10,482 nt of DNA from a virus (taxonomy: Duplodnaviria > Heunggongvirae > Uroviricota > Caudoviricetes), in the IMG/VR virus record IMGVR_UViG_2534681701_000011; one strand, given 5' to 3'. A program made the position numbers and the translations under genes. The notes under the pieces are model-generated. The model was given only the letters and a program-made list of their open reading frames with translations. It had not been told where the DNA came from and did not search any database. Each line of letters opens with the position of its first letter. The first letter of the stretch is position 1. Of the stretch, positions 6,734 to 10,482 are shown piece after piece.

Positions 6734-7330
6734 TCAGTGGGAGTGGTGGCTGGAGTTTTCGCCATCAGACAACATACTGCCCGTGGCATGGGCATTCCCT
6801 TTAATCTCGATATTGCCATGGATGGTCGCGGTAACACCTTCACCACCAGAACCCGCCATGCCTCCTTCGTAAATCAGCTTACCCCTGACACGCAGATCTC
6901 CGGTAAGTTCGGTTTCCGGTGCGTCAATCGTGGCTTTCTGTGTTTTCAATACCACATCAGCACCACACTCAATGACAATATGCTCAATGCCGCCCCGGAT
7001 GGTCAGAGTGTGCGTCTTCCGGTTGTAGCTGTACTCTGCACCATCAGCAAACCGGGTTCCCCGGATATTTTTGTCACTGAACGGTGGTTTATCGACGTCT
7101 GAATACACCGCGCCCAGAATAACACCATCCTCGCCGTTGGCATCGAGCAGCACCTCAACCTGCTCCCCCACGTCAGGGAGCCAGTAATCTTTGTTATCCT
7201 GGGTATTGCGCTGCAGCACGTTAAGCCAGTTTGTGCGCAGGTTATCGCATTCAGGCAGACGAACGCGGGCCTGAACCCTGTCGGCATCAACGGCACTGAC
7301 CGTACCGACCTGACGAGTGACACCAGTCAT
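6734..7330 (-). CDS. Baseplate spike protein, P2 gpV / Mu gp45-like
   Basis: 198 aa; gpV-like N-terminal domain and a Gly-rich, His-tipped C-terminus (…GGMAGSGGEGVTATIHGNIEIKGNAHATGSMLSDGENSSHHSH). Start overlaps the gpD-like stop. Confidence 0.75.
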   Translation of the reverse strand: MTGVTRQVGTVSAVDADRVQARVRLPECDNLRTNWLNVLQRNTQDNKDYWLPDVGEQVEVLLDANGEDGVILGAVYSDVDKPPFSDKNIRGTRFADGAEYSYNRKTHTLTIRGGIEHIVIECGADVVLKTQKATIDAPETELTGDLRVRGKLIYEGGMAGSGGEGVTATIHGNIEIKGNAHATGSMLSDGENSSHHSH

Positions 7331-8481
7331 TTTTTCTTCTCCTTAATCACCGTCGATGTACTGCCATCCGGGTGATAAACCGTGAGTTTCTGAGTTTTTT
7401 GTTTTTTCCCTCTTGTGACTGGCCCCCGTGCCACTTCCAGCTCTGTGGTGTAGCCGCTGTTACGGTCAAACGCATGGCGGGCAGTGGTTATGAGCCATGG
7501 CCCGGATAACTGCCCAAAACCCACCAGTTCAATTTTGTTGCCTGCTGTCAGTTGAGGTGTTCCCGTCAGCGTCAGGGAGCCGTTCTGCTGGTATTCGTTA
7601 TGTCTGGCCAGTGCTGAATCCGCTTTAATCCGGGCACTGTCCGGGTCGCTGACGCGGCTGTTAACTTTAAGTGAGTCAGCGCTGGTAACCTTACCACCTT
7701 TGAGCTTTTTGTCGCTTTCACGGGTACCACCATCAGCTTCGTAGACGATCAGTTTTTTACTGCTGCTTTTCTGGTGTTTTACCTTTGCAGATTTATAGAC
7801 CCGGTTGATGGTGTCACGCAGGGAAAAGCGGGCCACATCCTGCGGTTTTAACTGCCTGACCGGCTCCTGACTGCGCAGTGTGGCCAGATGAGAAAAAATC
7901 AGCTGGTCACTGACCACTTTCACTGCATAACCATACTCGCTGGCCAGCCGGCGCAGAAAACCCACGTCGGTTTCAGCATACTGGGTCACCCGGTCGATTC
8001 TGATGGACTCAATGCTGCCCACCAGTTTCAGTCGGTGCTTTCTGGCAATCCGCCCCGCAACAGCTGCCAGCGTGGTGTTCTCAAAACCACGACTGGTTTT
8101 AGTCCGCAGGGCACTGTTAACCGAGGTGGCCACCCCACGGATAGAAACAACGGAAGCGGGCGAACTCACTTCGATCTCGTCTATAGAGAACGTACCGCAG
8201 GACAGCAGCTTCTCGCCCTGATAGCCCATTTTCAGCGTCAGCGTGTCACCCTTGCCCGGATACCACTTATCCAGCCAGCGGCCATCGGTGTCGTCCAGCT
8301 CCACCTCAATGGTATCGGACTCATTTTTGATGTTATCGCTCCAGGTCACACGGGTGACATAAGGCGCGATATCAGAGGTGATGTTTTTCTGCAGATACCA
8401 CAGAGTGAACACCGGTGTCAGCACATCGCTGACGCCGGTTAACGCTGATGTGACTTGCGCAGTGCTGTTTATCTCAGCCAT
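7327..8481 (-). CDS. Tail/baseplate hub protein, P2 gpD / Mu gp44-like
   Basis: 384 aa (P2 gpD is about 387 aa); position between the gpX-like gene and the spike gene. Confidence 0.7.
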   Translation of the reverse strand: MAEINSTAQVTSALTGVSDVLTPVFTLWYLQKNITSDIAPYVTRVTWSDNIKNESDTIEVELDDTDGRWLDKWYPGKGDTLTLKMGYQGEKLLSCGTFSIDEIEVSSPASVVSIRGVATSVNSALRTKTSRGFENTTLAAVAGRIARKHRLKLVGSIESIRIDRVTQYAETDVGFLRRLASEYGYAVKVVSDQLIFSHLATLRSQEPVRQLKPQDVARFSLRDTINRVYKSAKVKHQKSSSKKLIVYEADGGTRESDKKLKGGKVTSADSLKVNSRVSDPDSARIKADSALARHNEYQQNGSLTLTGTPQLTAGNKIELVGFGQLSGPWLITTARHAFDRNSGYTTELEVARGPVTRGKKQKTQKLTVYHPDGSTSTVIKEKKK

Positions 8482-8684
8482 GGGGCAATATCCTCTTCTG
8501 TACGGGCTTCTTCAGCCTCAATCACCGGGATCAGTAACAACAGCCCGGAGGGCAGCACCGGCGTGATGGCCACGTGCGGATTGGCGGCAATAATCCGGGG
8601 ATAGCCCAGCGGGTCACCGTAGTACTGCCATGCCAGCGAATCCCAGCGCTCTCCGTCACGGGTAACATGTTCAAGAAACATCAC
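8469..8684 (-). CDS. Tail protein X (P2 gpX-like, LysM-like small protein)
   Basis: 71 aa; pattern …WDSLAWQYYGDPLGYPRIIAANPHV…PVLPSGLLLLIP resembles P2 gpX (…YYG…VLAANP…VLPHG…). Typical placement between gpU-like and gpD-like genes. Confidence 0.65.
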   Translation of the reverse strand: MMFLEHVTRDGERWDSLAWQYYGDPLGYPRIIAANPHVAITPVLPSGLLLLIPVIEAEEARTEEDIAPWLR

Positions 8685-9565
8685 ACACTCCTCGTCAGTA
8701 TTCTGGCGGCCATTGCACTTAATCCCGGAGACATGCGGTTGAATGCTGTTCCGACGGCGTTAAGCTGCCCGGAAACGGTATCCAGAGCACCTGCAATATT
8801 TCTTTTGTCCACACCACTCAGCGCAGACTGTGCCTGCTGTACATACGTGGCTGCTTCGCTGGCTGTTCTGGCCAGACTGATGGCATCGGGCATGGATTCA
8901 GAGAGTGCGTTAAACGCCGGAACACTTTTCCCCAGAGCCCCGGAGATATTACCCAGTCCGCTCATCAGCCCCGGCACACGGGTCAGTGCGACAACGGGGT
9001 TATCCTTCATTTTCTGTGTCACCCGAACGGCGCTGATAGTGGTCTGGAGTACAGACTGCGCCTGTTTCGCATAGTTGACGCCGTTGCGGATGAACTGCGC
9101 CACCCCGGAAGGTGAAGGAATGGCACCGGAGACCGCCCCGACACCCGGGAGCTTCGTGCGTATTGCCGGTGGTTGCAGAGGATTTTTCGGGTCACCGGTG
9201 TATTCCCGGAGAGACACGGTGGCACTGACAGCCAGCACGTTGCCGATACTGTCAGTCTGCTCGCTGGTTGCAGTCACATCGGTAATCACGAACCAGCCGC
9301 GATAGTCACCGTTGCCGAAGACCAGCGCCAGTGCCTGATGGGCTTTCATGGCTGTTCGCAGTCTCGCCAGCTCCACATCGGGTACACAATAATGCTGATG
9401 GAAAACCAGAGTTATCTGGATTTCGTCCAGCCTGTCGCCGACGAACTGCAGGCCAGGCTTACCCCCGATGCGGGCATGCTCCGCATAATCGACGCCGAAC
9501 GTGGCCTCGAAGCCGTCCCAGTAGGTAATCAGCTCAAACTCAATATCACCCAGTACGGCAAACAT
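8681..9565 (-). CDS. Tail protein with a gpU-like N-terminal region and an Ala/Ser/Gly-rich C-terminal extension (possibly Mu gp43 / DNA-circulation-like)
   Basis: 294 aa; N-terminus MFAVLGDIEFEL… resembles the P2 gpU family; the C-terminal ~160 aa are low-complexity. Start overlaps the tape measure stop. Assignment is by position and composition, hence moderate confidence. Confidence 0.5.
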   Translation of the reverse strand: MFAVLGDIEFELITYWDGFEATFGVDYAEHARIGGKPGLQFVGDRLDEIQITLVFHQHYCVPDVELARLRTAMKAHQALALVFGNGDYRGWFVITDVTATSEQTDSIGNVLAVSATVSLREYTGDPKNPLQPPAIRTKLPGVGAVSGAIPSPSGVAQFIRNGVNYAKQAQSVLQTTISAVRVTQKMKDNPVVALTRVPGLMSGLGNISGALGKSVPAFNALSESMPDAISLARTASEAATYVQQAQSALSGVDKRNIAGALDTVSGQLNAVGTAFNRMSPGLSAMAARILTRSV

Positions 9566-10482
9566 CAGCGGTACTCCTTACGTTGTTTCTGAGCAAGCAG
9601 ACGCTCCAGCATTTTTTCCAGCTCATGCAGACTCATATTCAGGGCACCAGTCAGTCCTGCAGGCGCTGTGGTTTCCCTGCCATTGAGGAAAAACTGAGGA
9701 TTAAAGCTGACCTGGATACCACCAGACGTTCCACCGCCGGTTGCAGCTGCACCACGGCCTGAATATCCGGCAGCCAGGATTTCAGGCGAGGGGATACGGG
9801 GAACATCCGGTGTCATCTCATTTGCCAGACGTTGCCCTGGTAAAATCGATGCCCGGGTGGAGAGCGGAATAGCGGGCATGGAAGACAAACTATTGATTAC
9901 GGCTCCGATCGCATTTTTAGCAGACGACATAAACCCATTGATATCGGGCAACGGCATACTGAAGCGAACACCTGAAGTGTTATCCCGTATTTCTGGCCCC
10001 TGAATGCTCACGGGCATTTTGGGGAGCAGTTCACTGGCCATTCGCTGCCCGGCCAGAGCTGCAAGCGGAGTGGTCCGCTGCAGGCCAATGGCGGCCCCCT
10101 GCGCGATATTGTCACCAAAGCCCATAAACACGCGGCTCGGCGAATGAATGCCCAGCTTTTCGCTGAACCAGCCACTGATGCTGTCGCCCATTCCGGTTAC
10201 ACTGGATTTGAGCGACTCCCATTTGTTTTTGATACCGTTAATCAGACCATCGACAAGATGGCCACCGAAGTCGGTAAACTTTGCCGGCAGATCAACACCA
10301 AGATATTTCAGCGCAGCTGCAAAGGCTTTATAGAGCAGACCTGCCGGCGACCAGTTAATCAGCAGCTTACCAGTTCCCGCGATACCGCCGTTAAAGGCTT
10401 CCTGAATGTCAGCCCAGCACTGTTTAAACCAGCTACTGATGCTGTCACCCATTCCGGTTACACTGGATTTGAGCGACCCCCA
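9565..10482 (-). CDS. Tail tape measure protein, C-terminal part only (gene continues beyond the window end)
   Basis: Minus-strand frame is open to the window edge. Contains the internally repeated motif LKSSVTGMGDSIS(G/S)WF and Gly/Ala/Ser-rich composition. Sits immediately upstream of the gpU/X/D/V/W/J/I/fibre series. Confidence 0.7.
   Translation of the reverse strand, partial: WGSLKSSVTGMGDSISSWFKQCWADIQEAFNGGIAGTGKLLINWSPAGLLYKAFAAALKYLGVDLPAKFTDFGGHLVDGLINGIKNKWESLKSSVTGMGDSISGWFSEKLGIHSPSRVFMGFGDNIAQGAAIGLQRTTPLAALAGQRMASELLPKMPVSIQGPEIRDNTSGVRFSMPLPDINGFMSSAKNAIGAVINSLSSMPAIPLSTRASILPGQRLANEMTPDVPRIPSPEILAAGYSGRGAAATGGGTSGGIQVSFNPQFFLNGRETTAPAGLTGALNMSLHELEKMLERLLAQKQRKEYR

Noticed and set aside
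4679-9592. Plus-strand ORFs of 60-184 aa (e.g. 4920-5414, 5880-6353, 7888-8442, 8574-9074, 9173-9592)
   Set aside because: All are antisense to tightly packed, recognisable tail genes and have low-complexity translations with no recognisable motifs. Considered shadow ORFs.
1518-10482. Reading the module as a P2-type prophage with site-specific integration
   Set aside because: The proteins are P2-like in family, but the terminal invertase, the Mu-like terminal sequence and insertion into a protein-coding gene fit a transposable phage better. The gene order is also unlike P2, where the sheath/tube/tape-measure genes follow the fibre genes. Cannot be settled without the rest of the element.

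Overview
This window looks like an Enterobacteriaceae (E. coli/Shigella-like) accessory region, read from sequence and recalled protein families only; no searches were run. An IS1 copy (1-753, cut by the window edge) sits in the 3' end of a rihA-like nucleoside hydrolase gene, whose 5' end is cut off at about 1517 by what appears to be the terminus of a Mu-like transposable prophage. Inward from that terminus lie a Gin/Cin/Pin/Hin-family serine invertase (1596-2168), a roughly 1.6 kb invertible tail-fibre segment, and a tightly packed minus-strand contractile-tail module (tail fibre, gpI, gpJ, gpW, gpV, gpD, gpX, gpU-like, and the C-terminal part of the tape measure). The invertible segment is bounded by 26 bp hix/gix-like crossover sites and perfect 199 bp inverted repeats, and carries an alternative fibre C-terminus plus a single tail-fibre assembly gene. 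No rRNA, tRNA or CRISPR was seen. I do not find anything I can defend as a genuinely new system. The points worth a second look are the asymmetric invertible segment, a frameshift at a G5/C5 tract in the 5' end of the tail-fibre gene, the Mu-like end inside rihA, and a hairpin abutting the gpW start codon.
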